Origin: Chrysemys picta bellii
Lineage: Eukaryota
NCBI RefSeq assembly: GCF_011386835.1
Contig: NC_088810.1
Coordinates: forward strand, 10,354,001 to 10,418,000
DNA: 64,000 nt
Direction of reading: 5' to 3'
The position numbers and the translations under genes are program-made. Positions within the stretch are counted from its first letter, which is position 1. Every line of letters starts with the position of its first letter. The notes under the pieces were generated by a model. It searched no databases. It had not been told where the DNA came from and saw nothing but the letters and a program-made list of their open reading frames with translations. Shown piece after piece: positions 10,101 to 22,077 of the stretch.

Positions 10101-10779
10101 AATGACTTACGTTTATGGGCAGTGCTATGGCCAGTGGGAGATGCCACCCCTTAGACTGCACAATCATTGGGAGACGCCAACTCTCAGAGTGTTCGGCCAT
10201 TGGGTAGAGCGCTTGGCCGTTGGGGGAGACGCCACAGCTCTCTGAAGCTCCTTTCATCAACCGTGGGTGCCAAGAAAAGTTGATTTGGCACCAACCATTG
10301 GGGATCTGCCAAGCGACACGTCTAAGCCTTGCTCCTGTACCCGATGTGACCCCCACGCTACGGGAATGACGCTGGGCGAAATGAGGACAACCCACCAATA
10401 GCAGGTAGTTAGGCCGGGGAAGGAAGGACACTTTCTGCAGCCCAGAAACCCTGCTCTCTGGCTGGGAGGGAGTTAAATGCCAGAGGATGTTGGGAGAAGG
10501 ACGAGGAGGGGAAGGATCGGTCTGGATGCGCCATTAACGTGGGCGGAGATTGGGGGAGAGCCTGGGGACCACGGCCCCCCAAACTGGATACGACCCACAG
10601 GCGACGTGTGGAGAGGCACCTAGATTTCTCCCTGGCAGTTGGTCCTGCTCCCTCCCCACAAAGGAACATTGGGATGGGTGGTGGGGAGGTGATGCCAGGA
10701 GCTTTGTCCCTGCTGGTCAGTTCCCCCCTGGGCTGGGAACAGGGAGGGCAGCAGAGCAGTGACCCGCGGCAGAGCTCCA

Positions 10780-11115
10780 CTTTGTATGGACCCATCTTCT
10801 GTTGCGGAGGGAGAGAAGCTTTCGCACGGCTGTTGGATGGACACCAGGCTAAACAACTCCAAATGCCGGTCCCTCACCTGTGCTGCCATGCACAAATTAA
10901 GGTCTGCCAAGGTTTGGTTTGCTGACTGACAGCCAGGGTGGCTTCCTGACTATCTCCCATTTCTGGGAAAGGGGCAGCTCAGCCTGTTACTTTCGGTTTC
11001 CATCAGAGTCAGATGGAAATGCAGGCTCCAAACTGGCTCTTGGGACTGTCCCAAGCTCCCTGTCAATCAGACGGGGCTGTCTGAGCAATTTAAGATTCTC
11101 CATTGCTTGCACTTG
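10780..11115 (-). promoter_or_regulatory. ISRE+GAS module, copy 1
   Basis: TTCTGGGAA at 10961-10969 and TTTCGGTTTC at 10991-11000; homologous to 15815-16155 (inverted) and 19320-19660 (direct). Confidence 0.6.
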
Positions 11116-11525
11116 CAAACGCAGGCCTTGTCTACACTAGTGTTTTGTCAACAAAAATATTATCCACGACCAAAAAGCATTATAACAACATCGGTAGTGT
11201 ATGTTCACACTACGCTCTGTGTGCTGACAGAGCTAGGGCCAGATTAACTTTTTGTGGGCCCGGTGCCAAACATATTGTGGTTGTGATGGGCCCCTTCCAA
11301 GTGTTGGCCCGGCATGACAGCACCACTGATGCCACAGTAAATGTGATATTGCCGGGATGGGGATGAAAACATTTATTCAAAAACAAAATAAGATATTTGA
11401 AGCCACACTGAGACCTCCACTCACCCCAGAGAGACCAAACTGAGCTAACATCAATGTTCCCAGAATAGTATTGAATTTGGTTTGTGTGGGAGGGGGTTGT
11501 TTGTTAGTTTTGTCTTTTTTTCTTT

Positions 11526-12842
11526 TGTAACCCTTCTGCCTGTCAGAGTTGGCAGCAACAAGGGCCGGGTTCAGTATCTAGGGGTTCTGTTTTAATAACA
11601 CTTTGCAAACCCGGCTCGAGCCCCCACCCAGTGACCTGGGACAATTACATACCACCCCCCGGTCGCCTCTAGGAGGCAATACTTCCCCTCTTGCAAGCAC
11701 GGAGTCTGAGTGTAGCAAAAGCCTTTTATTAAAGGAGGGAAACAATGCGGCATTACACTGGGGAAACACCACAAACAGGATTCATAACACAAACCATGAG
11801 CAAAAGACCCAGCCCCCAAGTAAGTTTGGCAGTGTCTTTTTCCCCTCAGGGTCTTAAGTCCAGCAACCCAAAGTCTCCCCCCCCCCCGGTGTCTGTCCTT
11901 GGTCAGTGCAGCCTCAGAGTTCAGAAGTTCCTCTGCAGAATTTATCTCACAGCCTGGGTGGAAACGGGGGAGGTATGTGGGGCATATTATATGCTCCGCT
12001 GTCTCTCTATAGGGTTCTGCTGCACTCAACACCAGCTGCCCGCTCCACCAACTTGTCTTCAGGCTTCCCCCCACTTAGCAGAGCTCTCAAGCATCACAGC
12101 TCTCAGCAACTTCTGTACTTTATCACGTTTAGCCAGTAGTAGGGGAGCCTCACTGCCACCACTAGACCAAAGCAGGTATATAGAGCCCATTTTATTAGAG
12201 AATATTTAGAAAAAATAAACAATACAGAAAATTTGAAGCATTAGTTATTGGTCATTGGGGGTAACATACAGAGTATAGGGGCATGTTGGTGTTTGGGGCT
12301 GGGCAGCACACATATATACACATTGCAATATCCCCAATGAGGAGTGGGTAACAAGTGGGCAGGTTCAGGAGACGGTTGGCAAGTGATGAAGGTTTAACAA
12401 CCATACCAGAGACAGAGACAGTCATGATTATAAGTAAGTGGGCTGGGTAATGGGGTTGGGGTTGGGGTGACCCTCACATGGCAGGATCTTAACCAAAAGG
12501 CAAAAAATCTGAGTCCACCTTCTCTTACTTACATGGGTTTTGGAACCCATGTCCCTTGCCTGGTAAGTGATGCATAAGTGAGGGCGATTCCCTCCATCCT
12601 AAAATGCCACATATACGTCTACTGTCCTTGATTCACATAACCAGGATAACAACACTTTATTACTCCTGCCCCCATAACAAAGAGACTGGGGGTCCCACAG
12701 CAGCCAAAGTGACCATTTGGCAGGCAGTCCCATCATGCTCGGCAGGGTGGGTGTGTCCATGCAAACGACATCAGCCCCTGAAGTCCTTTTCCACAGCTCA
12801 CCACCAGATGTCAGGGGAGAGCTCATTCTGACTCTGCTTACA
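11526..12842. mobile_element. LTR-like element or solo LTR
   Basis: TGTAA...TTACA termini; near-TSD cttt/tttt; non-coding. Confidence 0.5.
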
Positions 12843-13971
12843 TTTTAAACCCAAGCAGGCCCTGAACACAAGTGCGTAATTAGCACACTTATCAGCCAGA
12901 TTAAGCCTGGATGTAGCAGTCAGTGGTGTCGAACTTGCATCTCCCCATCACATTTTTTTGATAGTGGCATTTTCTACTTTGGTACAATAATGTTTACAAA
13001 ACTTTGGGGTGCAGCGTGGGGAGGAAAATTGCTGGTGCCCATCTTTTGCAGGGAGAAAGAGCCACTGAGAGGAAACACACATAGCCACAAAGGCTACCAC
13101 AATCCAGCCTCAAGCTCCTACGCCAATCTTCACACCTGGGCTCTCCCCTTTCCCCCGTCCCTCCTGTTGTCCCCATCCCACGCAACTAATCCCCTAACAA
13201 AGGCTCTCCTCAATCTCCCTGCTACTGCCCCACCACACTTTTACCCCAGAGCTGTCACCTCCCTCTCTTCTACGACCCGCCCCCACTGAGCCAACCCCCA
13301 CCTTCAACCCAGACTCTCCCCTCCCTCCCTTCCTCTGTCCCCTGTCACACCCTGCTTCCCCTACACCCCGCACACGGAATCACCGCCAGCTCCCCCATTT
13401 CACCCTGACTTGCCCCACAACTACCCTTTCCCCCAAAACTGGGCTGTGACCCCTCCCTTCCCCAGAGTGCAGGGGGGCAGTTTCTGGGCATTCCCACTGG
13501 CAGGGGATGCAGCAGCCAGCACTGACAAGCCCCACTGTCACCACTCCCTCTGTTCCCTAGGACCCCAGACAACCACACCCCACCCTGAAGTGTAGGGTCA
13601 AGACAGTGCCCAGGAGCCCCCAGGAATCACGGTTGCTGGGGGGCTGCCCCCAGCTCCCCACCCCCAGGAGAGGGGGGAGACTCAGGGTGGGGGGAGCCAG
13701 GAGCGTCAAGAGGGAGGGGACCTGCGCTGCCAGCTGCACTACTCGTCCCAGAATGCCCCGCGCCATGCTACCAGCCACCCCAGCTGAACTGGTTGGAGTG
13801 GACCAAAAAGAAACCCCCAAGCAAGGAAATGGTCTGGTGCCGAAACCCCGAACTCTCTGCCCCCACCCCCTGCCTGGTGAACAAAGAGAAACATGGGAAA
13901 TTGGTCCCTTCCAATCTGTCTCCCGCTTTGGAAGACCTGAGGAGATCAGGCACTGGGCTGCTTCTCAGCCA

Positions 13972-14600
13972 CAGAATCATAGAATCGTAGGACTGGAGGG
14001 ACCTTAAGAGGTCACCTAGTCCAGTGCCCTGCACTCATGGCAGGACTAAGTATTATCTAGACCATCCCTGGCAGGGGTTTGTTTAACCTTGAAAACGTCC
14101 AATAATGGAAATTCCACAGCATTCCTGGGCAATTTATTCCAGTGATTAACCACCCTGACAGGAAGGTTTTCCTCAGGTTCACTCTAAACCGTCTTTGCTG
14201 CAATTTAAGCCCATTGCTTCTTGTCCTATCCTCAGAGGTTAAGAAGAACAGTTTTTCTCCCTCCTCCTTGTAACAACCTTTTATGTACTTGAAAACTATT
14301 ATCATATCCCCTCTCAATCTTCTCATCCCAGTGTTTTCAATCTTCCCTCATACGTCATATTTTCTAGACCTTTAATCATTTTTCTTGCTCTTCTCTGGAC
14401 TTGCTCCAGTTTCTCCACATCTTTCCTGAAACGTGGGGCCCAGAACTGGACAAAATATCAAGTTGAGGCCTAATCAGCGCGGAGTAGAGCAGAAGAATTA
14501 CTTCTCGTGTCTTGCTTACAACACTCCTGCTAACACATCCCAGAATGAGGTTTGCTTGTTTTGCAACACTGTTAACTCATCTGTTCCTTCCTAAGTGGAG
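13972..14600 (-). mobile_element. CR1 LINE 3' fragment (older subfamily)
   Basis: Translation [36 protein letters not shown]; attctatg-type tail. Confidence 0.85.
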
Positions 14601-14606
14601 GACTTT

Positions 14607-15500
14607 CATAGAATCATAGAATATCAGGGTTGGAAGGGACCTCAGGAGGTCATCTAGTCCAACCCCCTGCTCAAAGCAGGACCAATTCCCAACTAAATCA
14701 TCCCAGCCAGGGCTTTGTCAAGCCGGGCCTTAAAAACCTCTAAGGAAGGAGATTCCACCACCTTCCTAGGGAACCCATTCCAGTGCTTCACCACCCTCCT
14801 AGTGAAATAGTGTTTCCTAATATCCAACCTAGACCTCCCCCACTGCAACTTGAGACCATTGCTCCTTGTTCTTTCATCTGGTACCACTGAGAACAGTCTA
14901 GATCCATCCTCTTTGGAACCCCCTTTCAGGTAGTTGAAAGCAGCTATCAAATCCCCCCTCATTCTTCTCTTCTGCAGACTAAACAATCCCAGTTCCCACA
15001 GCCTCTCCTCATAACTCATGTGTTCCAGCCCCCTAATCATTTTTGTTGCCCTCCGCTGGACTCTTTCCAAGTTTTCCACATCCTTCTTGTAGTGTGGGGC
15101 CCAAAACTGGACACAGTACTCCAGGTGAGGCCTCACCAATGTCGAATAGAGGGGAATGATCACGTCCCTCGATCTGCTGGCAATGCCCCTACTTATACAG
15201 CCCAAAATACCGTTAGCCTTCTTGGCAACAAGGGCACACTGTTGACTCATATCCAGCTTCTCGTCCACTGTAAGCCCTAGGTCCTTTTCTGCAGAACTGC
15301 TACCTAGCCATTCGGTCCCTAGTCTGTAACAGTGAATGAGATTCTTCCGTCCTCCCGACCTGCTCCATGATTTTTCAGGGACTGAGGTGAGGCTGACTGG
15401 CCTGTAGTTCCCTGGATCCTCCTTCTTCCCTTTTTTAAAGATGGGCACTACATTAGCCTTTTTCCAGTCATCCAGGACCTCCCCCGATCACCATGAGTTT
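14607..15500 (-). mobile_element. CR1 LINE 3' part with the RT core deleted
   Basis: [21 protein letters not shown] joined directly to [10 protein letters not shown]...LDKALAGMI; ATTCTATG tail at 14607-14622; a further CR1 scrap at ~15500-15720. Confidence 0.92.
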
Positions 15501-15814
15501 TCAAAGACTTTGCATTGGTCTATATTGAATTTCATCCTATTGACTTCAGACCATTTTTCCAGTTTCTCCAGATCATTTTGAATTTTAATCCTATCCTCCA
15601 AAGCACTTGCAACCCTCCGAGCTGGGTATCACGTAGAGAGCACACAAGCGTTATACGTGTACTCGCGATGCCGTTATCGAAACCATTGCTGAAGATATTG
15701 AGCGCAGGGAACAGAACCACGTTGTGTCGTCATTTGCACCAGTGCAGAAAGGGTCTAGAATGCTGCTTTTCTGCCTCAGTAGCGTTGTCCACCCGCGTTG
15801 CACTGGGGTGAATG

Positions 15815-16155
15815 ACTTTGCGATGTGCAGGCAATGGAGAATCTTTCATCCCTCAGACAGCCCCGTCTGATTGGCTGGGAGCTTGTGACTGTCTCAGGAG
15901 CCAGTCTGGAGCCTGCATTTCCATCCGACTCTGACAGAAACCGAAAGCAACAGGCTGAGCTGCCCCTTTCCCCGAAATGGGAGAAAGCCAGGAAGCCACC
16001 CTGGCTCTCAGTCAGCAAACAAAACCCTGGCAGAACTTAACACAGAAACACAGCTGAGGGACCGGCATTTGGAGCTGTTTAGTCTGGCATCCATCCAAGA
16101 GCCGCAGGAAAGCTTCTCTCCCTCCACAACAGAAGATGGGTCCATACAAAATATT
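15815..16155 (+). promoter_or_regulatory. ISRE+GAS module, copy 2
   Basis: ATTGG at 15870-15874, GAAACCGAAA at 15937-15946, TTTCCCCGAAA at 15967-15977. Confidence 0.6.
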
Positions 16156-16163
16156 CCCTCACT

Positions 16164-17296
16164 GCGATGAGGTCCCCGGGGTGCAACATGAAGTGTGGGG
16201 CTGCTGAGCCCCTATTTCCCACCAGCCTCGGCTGCCTCTCACACTGTGCTGCTGATGTCAAGCTACACACCTCTGATAGGCCCTGCACTTACACAGCCAT
16301 CCACAGGCAGGGAAATACCCAACTGGGTTACATGAATGCTTCTCCCAGCCACTCATGAACCAACAATAGAGAGGTTCCAGCAACTCCCCCTTCCCACCCA
16401 CCCCCCTGCAGCTTCCCAGCCTTGCACCTCACAACGGTAGCGTCTTGCCCTGGTCAGAAGCCTGGGAAGTGTGAGTTCATTGCCCAGTTCACCACATCTA
16501 CAAAGGAAAGTGGACGTGCACCACCCTTTGTGACCTGAGCAGATTTTCCAAGCACTTCAACCAAAACACACTGGTTTAGGTAAAATATAGAAGAGATTTA
16601 TTACCACACAAAGATAGATTTTAAATGATTATAAGTGGCAAGCATAGAGATCAGAGCTGGTTACTTAAGAAACAGTTTACATTGGACAAACTAAACAGGA
16701 TTTGAATTGAGCAGTGTCTCACCCTGACAGATGGTACAAACAGGTCACAGATCCTCAGTACATAGGCTGGGACTCCCCCAGTTCAAAACCTTTGTCCACC
16801 AGACGTGTTTCCAGGTGTTGAGTAGTGGGGGGAGTGAGGCCAAGTGATGATCTCACTTCCCCTCTTTATAGTTTCTTCCAGCTTGCTGAAAAGACCTGTA
16901 CTGCACATGGGGGTCAGTCAGTCCCCATTGGTCAAGCAGTCTCCATGGCTTACGTGATCTCTCTGAGAAGTCTCCACTGCACACACTCTCTGGGAGAGTG
17001 GATTCTTTCCTTGGTGGGTGTTGATGAGCCATGAACTGCTATCTGGCTACTCCATTGTTGTACCCGAAAGGTTGGTTGTGGGGGTTCCCAACCTCACAGT
17101 ATATTTCAGTAACACATCCAGCAATACTTCAGAACTTCCCATGCAATGCTAGCACATACCAGCCAACAGGATATTAATGTTCAACAGAGCAAGAGTGTTA
17201 AAAATGATACCTCACAAGGCAGACTGAGTACAAAACCGATCCTAATGACATGTCAGTGGTGAATAAAGGGGTTCCAGGGTACTGCTTTGAGGTACA
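16164..17296. mobile_element. LTR-like non-coding repeat
   Basis: TG...ggtaCA termini and general resemblance to turtle LTR repeats; no TSD confirmed. Confidence 0.35.
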
Positions 17297-18823
17297 CTTG
17301 TCATTAACATAAATCCCCTTTGGACCTCACTGTGTGTCTGTGCAACACCCAGCAAGGACCTTGATCTAAGTCAAGGTCTGTGCAAAGACTGCTTAGCCAA
17401 CCCTCTGTCCCTCCAGCTCCAACGAAGGGAGGGGAATGGAGCTGGGTAGACCACCTGGCCCGGACTGGGGAAGCTTGAACAGCTGCTGCCTCATCACGCT
17501 GGGGCTGGCTAAGAGCCCCAGGGGAAGGGAGCCGGGGGGAGCTGGAAAGAGGGAAGCTGCACTAGAGGAACGGCAGTGAGGGGAAGCAGAGAGAGAGCTT
17601 GGCCCCTCTCTCCTGCCGGTGGACTGCACGAAGGGGACTTGTCTGGTGGAAAGGGGGTGGGAGCACAGCCTGTAAATAAAAGCACCAGGTGGGCATTGCA
17701 CCTAAAGGTCTCTGTGTGACATTCTCAGCCCAGCGGGACAGGAGCCAAGGGGGGTCCTGCAGGGACGCTGTTACACTAGCACAATGGGGTTGGGTCCCTG
17801 ATCTCAGTCGGCGCTGCCCTGGTGCACATACTAGTAAAGTTGTTCTCTGGGAGGGTTTGGAAGCGTCTGGCTGTTAAACCCCAAACAGAGACTGAATTCT
17901 AAAATTGCTCCTGTCGGATTTTTGTTTTATTCCCGAGCTGCAGCTTGAGCTCCTGCTGCTGAGTTTAGACACTGACTCGCGTGGTGAGGCTGGGCTGAGG
18001 GTTGGCCGGGTGTCTGGGAATCACGGGCACGGCTTAGACTGACCTGGGGCGTGCAGACTGGAGTGGGATTGTTTAGGGCTCTGATAGTGCTTGGTTCAAA
18101 TGATGCTATGAACCAATTTGCTGCAACAGATTTGCTCTGTATTCTGCAATCAGGACCCAGCGTGCGTTCTGTCTCACTGCTCCGTACTCATTGCCCGTGG
18201 TTTATTATTCTGACTCTTGCAGACACACTCGTACACTTTCAGAAACTGATGGGACCTGGCACTTTGTGCATCTGAGCTTCGAAAAACACAGATTAAGGGG
18301 CCTCGGCTGCACCCCAGCAGGTTGAGTATTTCTACATTGGGAAGGGAGCAGATATTCAACTGGACACCAGGAATATCCAGAGTTGTCATAATTAATCATT
18401 GCAAAAATGTGGGAAGGGACGTTGAACCTCAGCTGCAGGGCTTCAACTGCTCTTAATGCTAGTGGGGGGGAAGGGGAGCAAGGCATACTATGGGGAGAGA
18501 TTCTCCCACATCTGCTACTGTGAGGTTATTACACCTTCCTCTGGATCTGCAGTGCTGGCCTCTGTCAGAGACAGGAGACTGATGTAGGTGGACCTCAGCT
18601 CTGACCCCATCTGGCAATGGCTACATTCCAGTGATGAATTTGGGGACCGGATGACTTTATTTGTTACACCTTCAGGGCCATGGCTTGGGATCTAACCTTC
18701 CTCCAGACTGCCAGTCCTGCCCAGTGCCCAGCTAACACATTGGCACTCACGGCACTTGGGCACCGATCTGTGTAACTGGAAGGTGTTAACGTCTCCCCCC
18801 GTCTGCCCCCACCCTATGAGGCA

Positions 18824-19010
18824 GGAGGGGTAGCTAGCTCAGTGGTTTGAGCATTGGCCTGCTAAACCCAGGGTTCAATCCTTGAGGGGGCCACTTAGGG
18901 ATCTGGGGCAAAATCAGTACTTGGTCCTGCTAGTGAAGGCAGGGGGCTGGACTCAATGACCTTTCAAGGTCCCTTCCAGTTCTAGGAGATAGGTATATCT
19001 CCATATATTA
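18824..19010 (+). mobile_element. tRNA-derived SINE
   Basis: A box (tagctcagtgg), B box (ggttcaatcc), CR1-like 3' end; same family at 26816, 30769 and 63130. Confidence 0.88.
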
Positions 19011-19319
19011 TAATTATTAGCTGCTCCTTTTTCTCTCATTGCATAAAATAGACAGTTATGAACCCACATCACAACTGCAGATTATACAAATGCATCCAAA
19101 GATTGAAGCCAAATTACTAAATAAAAACCTTGTGTGATTTTAGGGGTAGGCTTTTCTGGAGACCCCTTTTGATGAATTGTCTGAGGGATCCAACCCATGG
19201 GGGTGGCAGGCAGAGGTAGAATATAGTGAGAAAGGGGGTTTCCCTAATTTTGCTTTTGTTTTTTCACCTGGGAAAATGTGACAAAAGAAAATGATGCTAG
19301 AGTTTCTGAGTGAGCCAAG

Positions 19320-19660
19320 GTGGGTGAGGGAATGTCTTTCATTGGACCAACTTCTGCTGGGGAGAGAGACAAGCTTTGGAGCTGCTGTTTGAAGAACGGT
19401 AAGCAGCTCCACATGGTGTTCCCTCGCCTGTGTTTCCTGGCAAGAGAAGGGCTGCCAGAGTTTTGTTTGCTGACTGAGAGCCAGCCCCGCTTCCTGGCTT
19501 TCTCCCATTTCTGGGAAAGGGGCAGCTCAGCCTGTTGCTTTCGGTTTCCATCAGAGTCAGATGAAAATGTCGGCTCCAAACTGGCTCTTGGGACTGTCAC
19601 AAGCTCCCTGTCAATCTGAGCGATTTAAGATTCTCCGTTGCTTACACCTTGCAAACGCAG
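19320..19660 (-). promoter_or_regulatory. ISRE+GAS module, copy 3
   Basis: TTCTGGGAA at 19509-19517, TTTCGGTTTC at 19539-19548. Confidence 0.6.
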
Positions 19661-19828
19661 GCCTTGGCTACAGTGGATTTTGTTGACAAAACTATTATCG
19701 ACAACCAAAAAGCATTATAACAACATCGGTAGTGCATGTTCGCACTACGCTTTATGTGCTGACAGAGCGCATCCACACTTGGTGCTTTAGCATCAACACT
19801 GAGAGCAGTGCACTGTGGGTAGCCATCC

Positions 19829-20060
19829 CCAGGTCCAGGTTGGATATTAGGAAACACTATTTCACTAGGAGGGTGGTGAAGCACTGGAATGGGTTCCCTA
19901 GGGAGGTGGTGGAATCTCCTTCCTTAGAGGTTTTTAAGGTCAGGCTTGACAAAGCCCTGACTGGGATTATTTCGTTGGGGATTGGTCCTGCTTTGAGCAG
20001 GGGGTTGGACTAGATGACCTTCTGAGGTCTCTTCCAATGCTAATATTCTATATATCTATG
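19829..20060 (+). mobile_element. CR1 3' end fragment
   Basis: [19 protein letters not shown]...LDKAL followed by the CR1 3' UTR. Confidence 0.88.
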
Positions 20061-20061
20061 A

Positions 20062-20760
20062 TTAAAATGCCAATAGGCTGGCCCCAGCCTCTCCGAGCTG
20101 AGAGAGGCCATCATGGTCACCAAATGATGATCCGAGAATGGGCCCAGCCGAATGCTGGAGGTGTCGGCCCGTGACAGACGGAAGCATGGTAAATAAATTG
20201 GGTCCAACCGGGAGAGGTGTGACCGATTGTCGTCCCCCGGACATAGGTAAAGGTGCTATCATCGTCTGGGTGGGGGTCACACCAGGGAAGGATGGTCCAC
20301 GATCTCCCCGAGGATGCCCGCGGCAGCATAGCAGCTCTTGACTCCTGAGCGGTCCCGGTCCTCAGAGGTGGTGTTGAAGTCCCCAACCAGGACCAGGCAC
20401 TTGTGAGGATCCAGAGGGCCGAGGAAGGCCAACGCCGACTGATAAAAATGCACCCGTTCCGGGCCTGTGTTCGGGGCACAGACTCAACGCCAGCCCCTCT
20501 GCACAGGCCCGTACGTGCAGCAGATGACCCAGCATGACATTGGCGACCCCCAGCACCTCAGGCCGTAGCTCGGGGGAGAACAGGGTGGCCACTCCAGCCG
20601 AATGGGCGCTGAGGTGGCTGAAACAAACTCTGTCCCCCCACTCCAGCCGCCAGCTAGCCTCGACGGCTGGGGCCGTGTGGGTCTCCTGCAGGAAGCTCAC
20701 AGAATACCCCCCTCCCGAAGGAAGGAGAGCACCTGGCACCTGCAGAGACCCACCCTACAG
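20062..20760 (-). mobile_element. Degraded Tx1/L1-like LINE endonuclease fragment
   Basis: FLQETHT..LEWGDRVCFSH..SAGVATLFSPELRPEVL and, after a frameshift, GDFNTTSEDRDRSG (APE endonuclease motifs). Confidence 0.75.
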
Positions 20761-21419
20761 CCCCGGGTATTTAATGTAGCAAAGATGGTAACTGTCATAC
20801 AGAGGGCTGGGGTGGATCCTCACGGGCAGGGGAGTCAACAGCCCCCAGAGGGCCCCACAACAACCTGGTTTCGACCCTGAAGGTCAGCAGGGAGTTGCGG
20901 AACTTGTGGGCCCACTGATAGCCGTGATGTCCTGCCTCTTGGTCCCTCTGCCCTCCCCCAAAAGGGCCTTCATGGCCCAGAGGCTGTGATAGAACTCCCC
21001 CAGCCAGGGCGGGTGCAAGGATGTTTCGCCCCCTAGGCGAAACTTCCACCTTGTGCCCCCCCACTAGCCCTGTGGCAGCTCTCCGCCCCCCCCTCAGCCC
21101 TGAGGCGCCCCCCGTGGCAGCTCCCCACCCTCCCACCCTGAGGCGCCCCCCGCAGCAGCTCGCCTCCTCCGCCCCGTGGTGCCCCCACCCGCGGCAGCTC
21201 CCCCGGCCTGGGGAGCCGTGCGGCAGCTCCCCGCCCCAGCTCACCTCTGCTCCGCCTCCTCCCTGAGCACGCCGTCGCCGCTGCACTTCTCCCGCCAGAG
21301 ATGAAACACCCCCAGAGCTGGTGGAAGGAATGGCAGGGGAAGGAAGGGCCCTGGCAGGTGTCGGGGCCATGGCATGGAGCAGGCCTGCAAAACATGCGGC
21401 CCGCGGGGGCTCACTGTGC

Positions 21420-21847
21420 AGCCCACGGGCAAATGGCGGGGGGAGCTGCCAGCTTCACCCCCTGTCTGTGGGCAGAGCCGGCCTCACAGCCCCACGCGTG
21501 CGCACCACGCTCTGACCGGCCGGCTGGCGAGAAGCGTTGCTGCCGGGTTCGCCCCCTGCCGGGAGGAGGGGGAAGGGGAGGCCGACCTTGCGGCCCCGCG
21601 TGTGCGCGCAAGGCTCCGGCCGGCCGGTCAGAAGCGTGGCTGCCAGGTTCACCCCCTGCCGGGGGGCGGGGCCAACCTCACAGCCCCGCATGCGCGTGCT
21701 GCGCTCCGACCGCCCGGACAGTCAGAAACGCGCACACGCGTGCACGTGTCTCCATCTCCCGCTCCCCCCGCCTGGCGTACAGCGGGTGCGTCACTTCCGG
21801 GGCCTGCTGAGGCGGGAAGCGCTAGGCACGAGGCAGAGCCGGTAAGT
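21420..21847 (+). promoter_or_regulatory. CpG-island promoter with first exon and donor, gene unidentified
   Basis: CRE-half/ETS composite TGCGTCACTTCCGG at 21787-21800; NRF1-like GC motifs; donor CCG|GTAAGT at 21842-21847. Confidence 0.6.
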
Positions 21848-22077
21848 GCGAGCGAGGGGAGGGGCGCCCGGCCTGGGCTCGAGCCACAGCTGGGGGGGAC
21901 TGGGCCAAGACCCCCCAAACTCCCTCTTCGGTTGGGGGTGGGGTGGCTACTGCGCTGGTTGCTCCCAGGGCGGCCTCCGTAGTGATGTGGGGGGGGGTTG
22001 AACTGTCTGTGGGCAGCCGGGAAAACCTGGAGGGGAGGAGGGAGACAGAGTGTGTGTGTGTGTGTGCGCGCGCGCAT

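Larger units (their letters stand above)
972..10128. repeat. Left arm of large inverted segmental duplication (may extend left, interrupted by MITEs)
   Basis: Reverse-complement homology to 41184-58035 in collinear blocks: 972-1450/57568-58035, 1450-1622/54203-54373, 1622-3087/51585-53040, 3969-4620/50780-51540, 5870-6070/49700-49900, 6090-7570/44930-46400, 7830-7930/44430-44530, 8100-10128/41184-43490. Confidence 0.95.

Noticed and set aside
10409-10795. ATG (MGPYK...) downstream of the ISRE module as a coding start
   Set aside because: The ATG lies in a Penelope-like remnant and is not conserved in copy 3; the translation is uninformative
18824-19010. tRNA genes at SINE heads (also 26816, 30769, 63400)
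   Set aside because: They continue into the SINE body and CR1-like tail and lack a proper acceptor stem
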